A DNA stretch of 64,000 nt from Chitinophagaceae bacterium. GTDB lineage: Bacteria; Bacteroidota; Bacteroidia; Chitinophagales; Chitinophagaceae. Below are positions 1-11,300 of this stretch, one piece after another (position 1 is the first letter of the stretch; each line of letters opens with the position of its first letter). The stretch is taken from NCBI GenBank assembly GCA_040510375.1, contig JBEVJC010000024.1:84071-148070 (forward strand), given 5' to 3'. The notes beneath the pieces were generated by a model that worked only from the letters and a program-made list of their open reading frames with translations, had not been told where the DNA came from and searched no databases. Position numbers and translations under genes: made by a program.

Positions 1-879
1 CTTTACAAAGTGGTGCAGCGCGCAGGTGAAATCAGTGGTCTTGATTTTTCCACCGTTACCAGCGGACTGAATGTGGAGGGTGTTGATCTTGGTAGCGGAA
101 GTATCCGTACTGTCAGGAAACCATCAATCGCTGTTGTGTTTGGAACCGGCACCAACTCGGAGGAAGCAGGACAGGTATGGTTTCTGTTGAACCAGCAACT
201 GAATGTATCACCCACCAAACTGGATATCCTGAATCTTCCAAGGGCTCCGTTGAACAGGTATAATACCATCATCCTGGTGAGCGGAAGTTATGCCAGCCTG
301 GACAAAGCAACAGTGGCGCGTCTTAAAAACTGGGTCGGTGAAGGGAACACCCTTATCACTTTCAAAAACGCGATTGACTGGGGTATCCAGCAGGAACTGA
401 TCCATGAAAAATTGTTTATCGATTCTTCAGGCGCAAAACTGAAAGAGCGGATTGATTATGTTAAACAGGATGTGACAGAAGGTGCACGCCGCATCAACGG
501 TGGTGTATTCACGGCTGATATTGACACTACCAGTCCCATTGCATTTGGTTTGCATAACCGTAAGATCTTTTTCACAAAGAACAGCCAGACGATCCTGCAA
601 CCTTCGGCCAACAAGTATGCGAACGTAGCGATCTATGATGCTCAATCGTATGTGGGTGGGTATGTATCAAAAAAGAATATCTCGAGGATCAATAATACTG
701 CAGCCATTGTGGTTAGCCAGGAAGGCGCAGGTAAGATCGTTCTTTTTGCTGATGATCCCACTTATCGCAGCTACTGGCATGGAACCGACAGGTTACTGAT
801 CAACGCTATTTACTTTGGTAACCTTATTAATCTTGCCGTACCTTCATTTGCATCCGCTGAAGAAGACGAAAGTCATTAA
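1..879 (+). CDS. 3' part of a larger gene; secreted peptidase-like protein, possibly the C-terminal (GATase1-like) region of an M14 carboxypeptidase-family protein
   Basis: Frame 1 is open from nt 1, with no stop before the GTG at 10. TAA at 877-879, and a hairpin+T-run follows at 897-928. The family call rests on remembered resemblance only; no catalytic motif lies inside the window. Confidence 0.4.
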   Translation, partial: LYKVVQRAGEISGLDFSTVTSGLNVEGVDLGSGSIRTVRKPSIAVVFGTGTNSEEAGQVWFLLNQQLNVSPTKLDILNLPRAPLNRYNTIILVSGSYASLDKATVARLKNWVGEGNTLITFKNAIDWGIQQELIHEKLFIDSSGAKLKERIDYVKQDVTEGARRINGGVFTADIDTTSPIAFGLHNRKIFFTKNSQTILQPSANKYANVAIYDAQSYVGGYVSKKNISRINNTAAIVVSQEGAGKIVLFADDPTYRSYWHGTDRLLINAIYFGNLINLAVPSFASAEEDESH

Positions 880-896
880 CCCGTAAACGTCAATAT

Positions 897-928
897 GCCG
901 TTCCTGCGTGAGCGGGAACGGCTTTTTT
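897..928 (+). terminator. Rho-independent terminator candidate
   Basis: gccgttcc (897-904) pairs with ggaacggc (915-922), followed by tttttt (923-928). Confidence 0.6.
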
Positions 929-957
929 ATTGGCCCCCAACGGATATTTTAGACAAT

Positions 958-973
958 TAGCGAAATATCGCTA
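958..973. promoter_or_regulatory. 16-nt palindrome upstream of the AraC gene (possible operator)
   Basis: TAGCGA-AATA-TCGCTA, perfect 6-bp arms, about 100 nt upstream of the ATG at 1071. Confidence 0.2.
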
Positions 974-1070
974 TGACCATCCTCGAAGATCTGTCGTATC
1001 TTATTGAAAATGTGCGATTTAATTGTTGGCACAGGTATTGAAAATCCGTTGTACAATTAACTACATCAAT

Positions 1071-1997
1071 ATGAACTACAACTACGCGCTCAGTGAATTT
1101 ACCCCGGCACTGCTGACGCCAGTAAGGGGAGGGAAAAGCCAGATCGAGCAGGATCTGCGGATCGCCAATCTTTCGCATTTTTTAAGTTGCGAGAATTTCG
1201 ATAGTCCTTCACGTAAGGCGTGCCTGGAAATCTTCTGGATTCGTGAAGGATCCTGCCATGTAGTGGTAAACGGTACGGAGCACCCTTTATCAGCAGGAAA
1301 GGTCTGCTGTGTGGCACCAGGTCAGTCCTGCCTGCTCACAGAAATCAATCCGCTGAAAGGCCAGTACCTGCGTGTGTCCGGTGAGATGCTTCACAATGTG
1401 CAGCCCGACCAGAAACCGTTGTTCTTCCCAACTCCGATGGCTTGTCGCCAGTTACTCGTGTTACCCATTGATGCACCGATGGAACTGGCAGGTGAAATCC
1501 TTTTGAAGATGCAGGATATCCTGCAGGATTTTGCCGGCAATGATACCGAGATCCTGAAAGGTTATCTCCGCATCTTTTTGTTATACATGTCCAGGAGTGG
1601 TGTGGCACCGGCCGAGACCAGGGTTTATAGCCGTGAAAATGATATCGTGGAACAATTCCTTTCACTTATCCGTGAAAAATTTATCCAGCAGAAAATGGTG
1701 GCCGACTATGCCGCTGAACTTTTTGTCACTGCGGCCTATCTTAACCGCATTGTGAAAAAAGTTTCGGGATATACCGCCAGTCATCATATCCAGCAGTACA
1801 TCATACTCGAAGCAAAGAGACTTTGCATGAACAGCCGGATGAGTATGAAAGAAATTGCATACGGACTTGGTTTTAACGATATAGCACACTTCAGCAAATT
1901 TTTCAAAAATTATACAGGAAAGAATTTTACGAGTTTCAAACGCGAAGTGGTGCAGGTCGACCTGGTTTATGCAGGAGTCACCACAATAAATGCCTAA
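1071..1997 (+). CDS. AraC/XylS family transcriptional regulator
   Basis: C-terminal double HTH (AAELFVTAAYLNRIVKKVSGYTASHHIQQYIILEAKRLC...IAYGLGFNDIAHFSKFFKNYTG) and a cupin-like N-terminus. The track start at 1023 is TTG; the first ATG is at 1071. Confidence 0.85.
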   Translation: MNYNYALSEFTPALLTPVRGGKSQIEQDLRIANLSHFLSCENFDSPSRKACLEIFWIREGSCHVVVNGTEHPLSAGKVCCVAPGQSCLLTEINPLKGQYLRVSGEMLHNVQPDQKPLFFPTPMACRQLLVLPIDAPMELAGEILLKMQDILQDFAGNDTEILKGYLRIFLLYMSRSGVAPAETRVYSRENDIVEQFLSLIREKFIQQKMVADYAAELFVTAAYLNRIVKKVSGYTASHHIQQYIILEAKRLCMNSRMSMKEIAYGLGFNDIAHFSKFFKNYTGKNFTSFKREVVQVDLVYAGVTTINA

Positions 1998-2782
1998 TGG
2001 ATATCAGGATCACTCACATCGATACAGCTTGCATACTTCTTGAAATAAACGGATACCGGATCCTGACAGACCCGACGCTGGATAAGGGCGGTCACGTTTA
2101 CTATCATGGATATGGTTCCTTTTCAAGGAAGACGGGTGACCCTGCGATTGATCCGGATTCGCTGGCAAAAGTGGACATGGTGTTGCTTAGCCATCACCAG
2201 CACCAGGATAATTTTGATGACGCAGGAAAGGAATTTACTACCGGTGTACCGCTTGTTATCTCAACGGTCATTGCAGCGCGCGACCTGCGGGGAGTGCGTG
2301 GACTTAATGAATGGGAAACAATCAGGATTCATGACGAACGTGTGCCGGGACTGCGCATTACCGCAACGCCTGCGCAACACCGGCCATGGTGGATCCCGGA
2401 ATTTGTATCTGGAAAAGTAATCGGATTCGTCATTGAATATGATGGTCAGGAAAACGGCGTAGTATATATTTCGGGTGATACCGTTTATTTCAAAGGCATT
2501 GAACAGGTGGCGAGCCGTTATAAAATTGATACGGGAATATTCCATGTGGGATCCGTGCAGTTCCGCTACCTCACGGGTTTCGGAAAATATACAATGGATA
2601 GTAACGACCTTATAAAAGCCGTGCAGGTATTACAACCATCCAGGGTGATCCCGATTCACCAGAAAGGTTGGTCGCATTTTAAGGAAACAGAAAACCACCT
2701 GCTGAACAGGCTTCACGAACAACCTGAATTATCGCGCCGCTTAATCTACCTGAATATGGGAGAAAGAACCAGTCTCTATTAA
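1997..2782 (+). CDS. MBL-fold metallo-hydrolase
   Basis: [12 protein letters not shown] metal-binding motif with the beta-lactamase-fold pattern. Its ATG overlaps the AraC stop (TAATG). Confidence 0.75.
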   Translation: MDIRITHIDTACILLEINGYRILTDPTLDKGGHVYYHGYGSFSRKTGDPAIDPDSLAKVDMVLLSHHQHQDNFDDAGKEFTTGVPLVISTVIAARDLRGVRGLNEWETIRIHDERVPGLRITATPAQHRPWWIPEFVSGKVIGFVIEYDGQENGVVYISGDTVYFKGIEQVASRYKIDTGIFHVGSVQFRYLTGFGKYTMDSNDLIKAVQVLQPSRVIPIHQKGWSHFKETENHLLNRLHEQPELSRRLIYLNMGERTSLY

Positions 2783-3747
2783 TCCCAGAACCCCATACCA
2801 GAAAACTTTTTAATCCGGTCACGCACCCGTTCTTTAGAATCCATGCCCTTTAATTCATCCAGATGAACCATCAGCCTTACTTTCAGCTTTACGGCAGCCT
2901 GGCGGTAGTCCCAATGCGCACCGCCATCCGGCTCGCCGACGATTTCATCTACCAATCCAAACCCCAGCATATCTTTTGCGGTGAGATGAAGCTGCTTTGC
3001 TGCATTTTCTTTCTGGTCCCAGGTATGCCACAGGATCGCACTGCAACTTTCAGGTGAGGCCACACTATACCAGGTGTGTTCAAGCATGAGCACCCTGTCG
3101 CCCACACCAATCCCCAATGCACCACCACTTCCCCCCTCACCGATTATAGCACAGATCACCGGCACTTCCAACCTTACCATTTCATAGATATTACGCGCAA
3201 TGGCTTCGCCACCACCAAGGGTCTGCGATTCAATACCCGGATGTGCACCCGGTGTATCAATAAGTGTGATGATCGGCTTGTTAAATTTCTCTGCCAGTTT
3301 CATCAACCGTAATGCCTTCCTGTATCCGGGGGGATTGGGCATACCAAAGTTCCTGTATTGCCTGCTATGCGTATCAAACCCTTTCTGGTGTCCGATAAAC
3401 ATTACAGTCTGCCCGGCAAAAAAAGCAAAGCCCCCAACGATTGCTTTATCATCTGCCTGTTTGCGGTCGCCCGACATCTCCACAAAGTCCGTGGTGAGTT
3501 GTTCAATATATCTCAGGGTATAAGGTCGTTCAGGATGACGGCTCAACTGTACCACCTGCCAGGGGGTCAGATCCCTGGTAAAAGCTATCTTCTTTTCAAG
3601 TAACTTCAATTCGAGTTTTTTCCTTGTTTCGGGAGAACTCTTGCGCGGATCTTTTTGTGAAAGCAACCGAAGCTGGATCAGTTGATCGTAGACCTCCTTT
3701 ACTTCATTTTCGAAGTCCAGAAAATGCCTGTGGATTTTTTTGGCCAT
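2779..3747 (-). CDS. accA: acetyl-CoA carboxylase carboxyltransferase subunit alpha
   Basis: [15 protein letters not shown]...[11 protein letters not shown]...[27 protein letters not shown]...[16 protein letters not shown] is the typical AccA pattern. I used the ATG at 3745-3747 rather than the 446-aa track ORF. Confidence 0.9.
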   Translation of the reverse strand: MAKKIHRHFLDFENEVKEVYDQLIQLRLLSQKDPRKSSPETRKKLELKLLEKKIAFTRDLTPWQVVQLSRHPERPYTLRYIEQLTTDFVEMSGDRKQADDKAIVGGFAFFAGQTVMFIGHQKGFDTHSRQYRNFGMPNPPGYRKALRLMKLAEKFNKPIITLIDTPGAHPGIESQTLGGGEAIARNIYEMVRLEVPVICAIIGEGGSGGALGIGVGDRVLMLEHTWYSVASPESCSAILWHTWDQKENAAKQLHLTAKDMLGFGLVDEIVGEPDGGAHWDYRQAAVKLKVRLMVHLDELKGMDSKERVRDRIKKFSGMGFWD

Positions 3748-3855
3748 CGTTACTAAAGCTCTGCAATTATTACGAGATATACAATTCAATATCCTATTAA
3801 TGCATTGCCCGCCATACCTGCATAGCCGACTTTCGGAACAACCTAATACTACACC

Positions 3856-4635
3856 ATGAACCAGATCAGTTCCAAAACAATCCTGATGCTCACCGGAGCC
3901 TATGTAAATCATGCCTGCTGGGATAACTGGCAGGACTATTTCAGTACGCAGGGTTATCAGACCCTCGCTCCTGCCTGGCCAGAAAAAGATGCTCCCACCA
4001 GCACCCTGCGTAGCCGTCACCCCGATAAAAATCTTGCCCGCCTGAACCTGTACCGCCTGATTGACCACTACACCGCAATCATTAACAGGTTGCCCGAAAA
4101 GCCCATCCTGATGGGGCATTCTTTCGGTGGACTTCTTGCACAGTTACTGCTTAACCGCGACCTGGGCGCAGCGGCAATAGCGATCCACCCTGTACCACCA
4201 CTTGGTGTTATTCCCTATGAATTTAATTTCCTCCGGTCCAATGCCGCCACACTTGGTTTCTTTACCGATCTGGATAAACCCTACCTGATGCCTTTGAAAA
4301 AATGGAAGTTCGCCTTCACCAATGGATTGCCGGAGGATGTGCAGCAGGCCACCTACGAACATCTCGTAATCCCCGAGTCGAAACGGGTGGCAAGAGGCGG
4401 GATTTCTGCTGCCGCAAAACTCGACTGGGAAAAGGATCATGCACCACTCCTGATACTTGCAGGCAAACGCGACCAGTGTATTCCCCCTACGCTCAACAAA
4501 CGTAATTATGAAAAATACCGGTCAAACAGATCAGTAAGGGAATTTGTATTAAAAGACAGAAACCATCATGTGCTTGGCTTACCAACATGGAAAGAAGATG
4601 CTGCTGATATTGCCGGATGGATCAGGCGGCATTGA
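3856..4635 (+). CDS. alpha/beta hydrolase
   Basis: Nucleophile elbow GHSFGG; about 260 aa; no signal peptide. Confidence 0.75.
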   Translation: MNQISSKTILMLTGAYVNHACWDNWQDYFSTQGYQTLAPAWPEKDAPTSTLRSRHPDKNLARLNLYRLIDHYTAIINRLPEKPILMGHSFGGLLAQLLLNRDLGAAAIAIHPVPPLGVIPYEFNFLRSNAATLGFFTDLDKPYLMPLKKWKFAFTNGLPEDVQQATYEHLVIPESKRVARGGISAAAKLDWEKDHAPLLILAGKRDQCIPPTLNKRNYEKYRSNRSVREFVLKDRNHHVLGLPTWKEDAADIAGWIRRH

Positions 4636-4705
4636 GAATTCAACGGATAATATGCTGACCAGTGCACTCCATGTCATTAAAAAAATTGCAGTCACACAGC
4701 ACCGG

Positions 4706-5995
4706 TTACGATCCATTCTGATTATCACTTGTTCTGCGTATTCCAATGATAAGGCGAAGTGTGGGATCATTGGTGATGAATGATGCCAGCCAGCTGAATG
4801 CAAGTTTTACTTTATTACGAAATCCTACCAATGGTATGATATGTATGAATAACCAGATCAGCCAGGCAAAAAAACCCTTGAAGGAAAAACGTGGCAAATC
4901 TGCTACTGCATTGAATTTCGATATGATGGCCATACTGCCCTTGTCGTGATATTTGAATGGCTTCTGCGGTTTTCCTGACTCCCTTCTTTTAAGATTTTCA
5001 GCCAGGTTAGTTCCTCCCTGCATGGCTACCTGTGCAAGTTGTGGATGTCCATTGGGAAATTTGGGATCGGAAAGCTGCAGGCAGATATCACCCAGTGCGA
5101 ACACACCGGGAACCCCGATAGTTTCGTTAAACTGGTCAACCAGCACCCTCCTTCCGCGACCTATACATTCTTTCGGAAGACCCGGAAGTTCGCGACCGAT
5201 TACACCCGAGGTCCAGATCAGCATATTGGTAGGAATCTCTTCGCCATTGCCAAGTATGACTTTATTGTTTACATAATCTTTTACAGATACATTCAGCCTG
5301 ATATGAACCCCGAGTTTACTTAAGATATGAAAGGCTTCTTTCTGAGCGGTCTTACTCATCGTCCCAAGCAGGCTGGCACCCGCATCTATCAGATGGATAT
5401 GGGCATCAAAATTATCTATCTCCGGATATTCCTTCACCGCTACATTACGTCCAAGTTCGGCAAGCATGCCAGCGATCTCCACACCGGTAGGCCCCCCACC
5501 CGCGATCACTATATTGAGCAGGCGGTCACGTTCAACACCAGCCGTGGCCCGCACGGCCATTTCCATGGTGGTCAGCAAATGGTTTCTCATGGACAATGCA
5601 TCATTGATATTCTTCATTGGCACGGCATACTTTTTCACATTCTCCAGTCCGAAAAAATTGGGCTCGGTACCAACACATAAAACGAGGTAATCGTAATCAA
5701 GGGAACCGGTATCGGTGTCAATGGTTTTTGCAGCCACATTAATCTGCTTCAGTGTGCCCATGTAGAAGCGCCGGTTTTTCTTACGCTGGAAAAGACGCCG
5801 GAAGGGATAACTGATATTACTTGGTTCAATAAAGGCGGTGGCAACCTGGTACAAGAGCGGCGGGAAGAAAACATAATTGTTGATGTCAACAAGGGTGATC
5901 ATAAACCGCTCGTCTTTCGACAGGGATTTTATGAAGTTGATACCGGCGAAGCCGCCACCAACTACCACGACTTTTATAACAGCTTTTGTATCCAT
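4706..5995 (-). CDS. ndh: type II NADH dehydrogenase (NDH-2) / FAD-dependent pyridine nucleotide-disulfide oxidoreductase
   Basis: N-terminal VVVVGGGFAG and second Rossmann motif IAGGGPTGVE; GD motif LGDICL; C-terminal membrane-anchoring helix. Confidence 0.8.
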   Translation of the reverse strand: MDTKAVIKVVVVGGGFAGINFIKSLSKDERFMITLVDINNYVFFPPLLYQVATAFIEPSNISYPFRRLFQRKKNRRFYMGTLKQINVAAKTIDTDTGSLDYDYLVLCVGTEPNFFGLENVKKYAVPMKNINDALSMRNHLLTTMEMAVRATAGVERDRLLNIVIAGGGPTGVEIAGMLAELGRNVAVKEYPEIDNFDAHIHLIDAGASLLGTMSKTAQKEAFHILSKLGVHIRLNVSVKDYVNNKVILGNGEEIPTNMLIWTSGVIGRELPGLPKECIGRGRRVLVDQFNETIGVPGVFALGDICLQLSDPKFPNGHPQLAQVAMQGGTNLAENLKRRESGKPQKPFKYHDKGSMAIISKFNAVADLPRFSFKGFFAWLIWLFIHIIPLVGFRNKVKLAFSWLASFITNDPTLRLIIGIRRTSDNQNGS

Positions 5996-6081
5996 AACTG
6001 AAGGTAACTTTAATTAGTCAGCCTTCCACAAATCCCGGTCCAACTAAAAGCCACTGAGTATCCTGCCATGTTTTCGGAATG

Positions 6082-6104
6082 TTTATGCATAAAACATGCA
6101 TAAA
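6082..6104. promoter_or_regulatory. palindrome upstream of ndh (possible operator)
   Basis: TTTATGCAT-AAAAC-ATGCATAAA, perfect 9-bp arms, about 90 nt upstream of the ndh ATG (5995). Confidence 0.2.
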
Positions 6105-6141
6105 AAAGCCTGGGCGATTTCAAACCGAAATCTTCCCAGGC
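6102..6141 (-). terminator. Rho-independent terminator ending the SusC/SusD/lipoprotein unit
   Basis: On the minus strand: GCCTGGG...(inner GAAATC/GATTTC pairing)...CCCAGGC followed by TTTTTT. Confidence 0.6.
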
Positions 6142-6159
6142 TATTCATGGAATGCGATG

Positions 6160-6675
6160 TTACCTGATCTCCACGGGCCGGCGGAACGCAGTTGAAAAAT
6201 TATCAACTGCATACTGGTCAGTTATATTGGTCTGGATCTGCACTTCCAGTTTACGTATGCCTGGTGCGGTATTGTTCAGCATCTTCAGGTAAATGGTATC
6301 TGTTTTCCTGATTGCCTGCGGAAATGTCATGGAATACCTGCCATCCACCGGATCGATAGTTACACCATCCTTATTTACCACCTGGTAATCGACCCCGAGT
6401 ACCGCAGGTGTGGTTATACCCGTCATTTCGATGGCATAAAAAGTTGTTGCATCATAGGGCCGGGTGAACGCTGAATAAAACTGAACAGGGAATTTTACCA
6501 GTGCTGCCTGGTTGCGCTGCACGACTACGTTTGTGTTATTATTCGGAAGGTAGGCCAGGTAATAATGATGGTCATATTCCGGTAGGCCATCCGGATATTC
6601 ATGTTCATCTTTATCACAGGACACAAACAGGACCGTACCTAAAATCAGCGCGCCTAAATATTTAATAGATTTCAT
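6160..6675 (-). CDS. PUL-associated lipoprotein of unknown function
   Basis: Lipobox LFVSC after a hydrophobic signal; lies directly downstream of SusD. The ATG is at 6673-6675 (the track start at 6678 is GTG). Confidence 0.6.
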   Translation of the reverse strand: MKSIKYLGALILGTVLFVSCDKDEHEYPDGLPEYDHHYYLAYLPNNNTNVVVQRNQAALVKFPVQFYSAFTRPYDATTFYAIEMTGITTPAVLGVDYQVVNKDGVTIDPVDGRYSMTFPQAIRKTDTIYLKMLNNTAPGIRKLEVQIQTNITDQYAVDNFSTAFRRPVEIR

Positions 6676-6693
6676 CACTTGTTTTTTTGAAGA

Positions 6694-8358
6694 TTATTGC
6701 CAGTTGGGATTTTGGATCACATTTCCTTCACTCAGCGACACTTCGCGGAGCGGTATTGGATACAGGTAATCACGGTCTACCCTGAAACTCCGGTTGGCAG
6801 CTGGTTCCGCGATGATGACCCTGTCAGTATTGAGCAACAGGTTATTTGCCGGGGTATTAGGCCAGTCTGCTTCGATGTACTTTGCTCCAAGCAGATCTTT
6901 TGGCAATGCCAGTTCCGCTTTTCTCCATCGGATAAGATCATCATAGCGGAATCCTTCCAGTGCAAGCTCAACGGTTCTTTCGCGACGGATTTCTTCCCGC
7001 ATATCGAGATTGTTGCCGGTAACAAATGCGTTGGTGAGTTTCACTGCAAAACCAACCCGGGTCCGCAGGCGATTGACAGAAAGATCCAGGTCTGCATCGG
7101 AAATGGATTCGCTGAGTTCATATTTCGCCTCTGCATAGGTCAGTAATACTTCTGCATAACGGATTAAAATCCTGTCGACCGTTGCGCCATTGTTGATGGT
7201 CTGATCTATTATATTAAATCCTTTTTTTGGCGCGAATCCTGTTCTTGATCCAAGAGAGGTGGTGGGAATCCAGGGCCCTTTGTAGGCTTCTTCACCCGAC
7301 CTGTAAATGGTAAATGCCATACGCGGATCCCTGTTATCAAGAATGCTGTTATAACCTGCTTCGTTCGGTTCAGGAATGAATAAAGGGGAACGGGTAGCTG
7401 TTGCATTTCCTTCAGTAGTAAATGCGGGTAGGCCATCGCTGTAAAGGAACTGGCGCAGCAGGTTGCGCGTCGGGGCCATCCGGCCATTCTCCAGGTCACG
7501 CGAGTTATTATGTCCAAGGATAACATTTGTGTTGTCTACTCCGTAAATTTTTACCAAAATATTCTCTGTATGACCGTTGCCTTCACCAGCCTGCAGGAAG
7601 AGTCCACCGAAGTTGGCAAACAAAGTATGCCCGGCACCCATTACACTTTGCGCAGCAACCACGGCGGCTTCAAGGTGCGGCTGCCAGCCCGCGCCATTAC
7701 TGAATTTCAGCCGGGTACCTTCATACAATGCCATCCTTGCCTTAAGGGCCCACGCGGAACTTTTTGTAACACGTCCGTATTGCGCTGTTGGCAATGATGC
7801 GCGGGCAGGTAACCACTGTGCGGCAAAGTCAAGATCCTTATAGATCTGTTCCATTACCAATGCCCGGGCTGTGCGCGGCATTTTTAGTTCAGGTGCATCA
7901 AAGTCGAGCGTTACCAGCAGTAAGGGCACATCACCATATTTTTTTACCAGCAGCGAATAGGCATAGGCCCTGAAGAAACAGGCTTCACCTTTGTACCGGT
8001 TAAGAACAGCTTCTGTAACTTTTGCTTTATCAGCCTTAAGGAGGATATTATTTGCAGTAAAGATTTCGTCATACCGGTCGTCCCATTCTCTGCTGGTATT
8101 GGGCAGCGTTACACTGCCGTTGCTGATCTGGTTCAGGCCCGACTGGTTCACTGCATCGTCAGCCCGGTTATCAATCCAGTTGGAATCGAGTTGCTGGTAA
8201 AGGCGATTGCAGGCGTTCATAAGATCTGTCTCGGTGTTCCAGAATTGAAGATCGGCATATTCCGATTCGGGAAGGCGTTCAATCTTACATCCGGTGATGG
8301 CAAGACCTGCGGAAAGTAAGGTTATAAATATCAGTAAATTCTTTTTCATGTTGGTCAT
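6694..8358 (-). CDS. RagB/SusD family nutrient-uptake outer membrane lipoprotein
   Basis: Lipoprotein signal (LAITGC), TPR-like SusD pattern (FFRAYAYSLLVKKYGDVPL, RYAEVLLTYAEA, ERTVELALEGFRYDDLIRW). It sits 3 nt after the SusC stop. An alternative ATG lies at 8349. Confidence 0.9.
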   Translation of the reverse strand: MTNMKKNLLIFITLLSAGLAITGCKIERLPESEYADLQFWNTETDLMNACNRLYQQLDSNWIDNRADDAVNQSGLNQISNGSVTLPNTSREWDDRYDEIFTANNILLKADKAKVTEAVLNRYKGEACFFRAYAYSLLVKKYGDVPLLLVTLDFDAPELKMPRTARALVMEQIYKDLDFAAQWLPARASLPTAQYGRVTKSSAWALKARMALYEGTRLKFSNGAGWQPHLEAAVVAAQSVMGAGHTLFANFGGLFLQAGEGNGHTENILVKIYGVDNTNVILGHNNSRDLENGRMAPTRNLLRQFLYSDGLPAFTTEGNATATRSPLFIPEPNEAGYNSILDNRDPRMAFTIYRSGEEAYKGPWIPTTSLGSRTGFAPKKGFNIIDQTINNGATVDRILIRYAEVLLTYAEAKYELSESISDADLDLSVNRLRTRVGFAVKLTNAFVTGNNLDMREEIRRERTVELALEGFRYDDLIRWRKAELALPKDLLGAKYIEADWPNTPANNLLLNTDRVIIAEPAANRSFRVDRDYLYPIPLREVSLSEGNVIQNPNWQ

Positions 8359-8361
8359 TGT

Positions 8362-11300
8362 TTATAGTGAAACATTTAGTCCGAATGAAACAGTCCTGTA
8401 GAAAGGATAAGTGGTAGCTTCTACTCTGTTACCCACTTCCGGATCGAATACTTTCAACACTTTTGTGGATTCCCAGAGATCCTGTCCGCTGATATAAACC
8501 TTGACCTCACGGGCGATCTTTTTAGGTACCGGAATTGTATAACCGATCATTACATTTTTCAGCCGGATATAACTTCCGTTCTGTACCCATTTGTCAGAAG
8601 GACGGAAATTGTGTGCGCTGGTCTGGTACATCCTCGGAAAAAATGCATCCGGATTTTCAGGAGTCCAGCGATCCATATGTATGGTCCATGGCATATCACT
8701 GGTTTCAAGTATCGGGGAAAGCGTACGTTCGTCAATCAGGAATGCACGTTTCATAACTCCCTGGAAAAAGATGGAGAAGTCAAAGCCCTTGTAACTTGCT
8801 CCCAGGTTAAAGCCATACTGGTAACGCGCGTTGGTGGTACCCATGTACACCAGGTCACCGGGGTTCTGGGGTGTGCCCGCTGGTGATATGACTCCATCGC
8901 CATTCAGGTCAAGATACCTTACATCACCTGCATCCGGATTATTAATGAATCCCTGAATCCTCGATTTATAATCGTCTGCTTCCGCCTTTGTCTGGAAGTA
9001 ACCGTCAGTTCTATAACCCCATACTGTATTCATGGGAAATCCTTCCAGGAATTCCACCATGCCCCCGGTACCCAGTACGCTGGTGCCCCCGTACTTCACC
9101 AGTTTATTCTGGTTGTCGGAAATATTAAATCCGATATTATAATCAACCCGACCGATCCTGTCGCGCCATTTCACGTCCAGTTCAGTACCCCAGCTTTTTA
9201 ATTCACCGATATTAACATTAGGTACATCAATACCGATAATACTTGGAACCGCCAGTCCTGCCAGCATATCGATATTCCTTTTTACATAATAGTCAGCAGT
9301 AACAGTCAGCCTGTTTCCCAAAACGGCCAGGTCAAATCCGATATTTGATTGCTGAACAGTTTCCCATGTTTTATCGGCTGAGGCAAGTTCTTCCTGGAAG
9401 AAATACTGGGTTCTGGCACCATTGAACACCACATTATTCGTTTCGGTAAGCCCGCTGGTAAGAAGTGCGATATAATCATACATCCCGAGCACAGAGCCAT
9501 TTCCAAGCTGACCCCATGACCCGCGGATCTTCAAGGAATTGACCCACGAAATATTTTGCATGAAATTTTCCTGATCCACCCTCCATGCTGCGGAGAAGGA
9601 AGGGAACATCTGCCAGCGGTTCAGCGGTGCAAGTCTGGAGCTACCGTCGTACCTGTAAGACGCTTCAAAAAGATAACGGTCTTTGAAGCTATAGTTAAGA
9701 CGACCGAAAGCAGAACCAAGTGCCCATGTCTCCACCTTTTCCCGATTGGTCTTGGTCAGTGCATCGCCGAAGTTGAGACTGAAATTATCATTACTGATCA
9801 GGTTCTGCGCAAATGCACCCACCTCGTCTTTGCGGTATTCCTCAAATGATCCACCCTGTAAAATGGTAAATGAGTGTTCGCCGATTTTCAGGTTATAAGT
9901 AAGATAGCCCTGCAGGTTATTCTGGAATGCTTTGTTCTGAGTAACTGTGATTGAATTCGGACTGTTGGCTGTGAAACGAACCGTTCCTACAGAACGACCA
10001 TACCAGTTGAGGGTGCGTCTGTTGTTCTCCATGGCATAATTGCTCTGGTTTCTCCAGCCGATCACATCGAGTGTCAATCCCTTCACCACATTTTTTACCT
10101 GCAGTCCAAGCCTGCCCGTGAATGTCTGGAAATCCCTTGTCTCAAGTCCTGAGTTTTTCTCAATATCAACGGCGTTGATCTGCAGGTCACCATTGTAGAT
10201 CTGGCCGGTTATATCATCGGGAGGGGTATAGAGCAACTGACGGGTGCGGCTCCTGTAAAGCCGGTTGATGATCTGTTCGGTACCGAACGAATTTTCCCGC
10301 ACAAATGAACCGATATAACCCGCTGTCATTTTCATACTGACGTACTTGTTGATCTCTGCATTGAGATTGAGTTTAAGGTTATAACGTGAGTTGTCATCAG
10401 GTCCGTAACGTAACACCCCATCACGTTTATAATAACCTCCGCTGATCAGGTAGTTCAGTTTTTGTTCACCGCCGCCTATCGACAGGGAGTGGCTTTTCAT
10501 GCCATTGTATTTATCCATCCCTTCTTTGAGCCAGTTATTGTTGCCATAATATTCCCAACGGTCAGCAGTTGGATTGGGACGCCAGTCGAAGTTGGGATTC
10601 TGTAACCATTCGATTTGTTCTGCATTAAATTCAGGCGATCCGGTTGCATTCTTCCTGGCCTCATCGATAAGGATCTGTTCGTCCCATGAATCAAGCCGTT
10701 CCGGCTGCCGCGCAGTAATATTAATTCCGTAATAAGTATTGTAACTGATCCTGGTTTTACCCGGAGATCCCTGTTTGGTGGTAACCAGGATTACGCCAGA
10801 AGCGGCGCGTGAACCATAGATCGCAGATGCAGATGCATCCTTAAGCACAGAAATACTTTCAATATCATTTGGATCGAGCAGGTTTATATCCTGTTCAATT
10901 CCATCCACCAGAACCAACGCGTCTGCGGCATTGGAAGAAGTAAAACCACGGATCCTGATGGCAAGCCCTTCATCGCCCGGCTGGCCGCTACTCCTTAATA
11001 TAGTAACGCCTGGCAGCAGGCCCTGTAATGCACCGGTTACATTTGGAACAGGCCGGTTGATCAGGTCTTTGCCACTCACCTGTGCCACTGCACCACTGAG
11101 GTTCACTTTCTTTTGAGTGCCATAACCAACAACCACGACGGTTTCAAGTGAAGCGGGATTTCCGGTCATTGACAGGTCAATCCTGGTACGGGCATCCACT
11201 GTTTCTTCTTTACCAAAAAATCCGGAATGCGAAAAAACAAGGACAGCTCCCGGTTGCACTTCAATAGAATAATAACCCCGTTCATCGGTGGCAACACCTG

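Noticed and set aside
3748-4119. N-terminal 124-aa extension of the 446-aa track ORF containing accA
   Set aside because: AccA homology starts at the ATG at 3747 (MAKKIHRHF...). The extension overlaps the well-supported alpha/beta hydrolase gene on the other strand and has no recognisable features.
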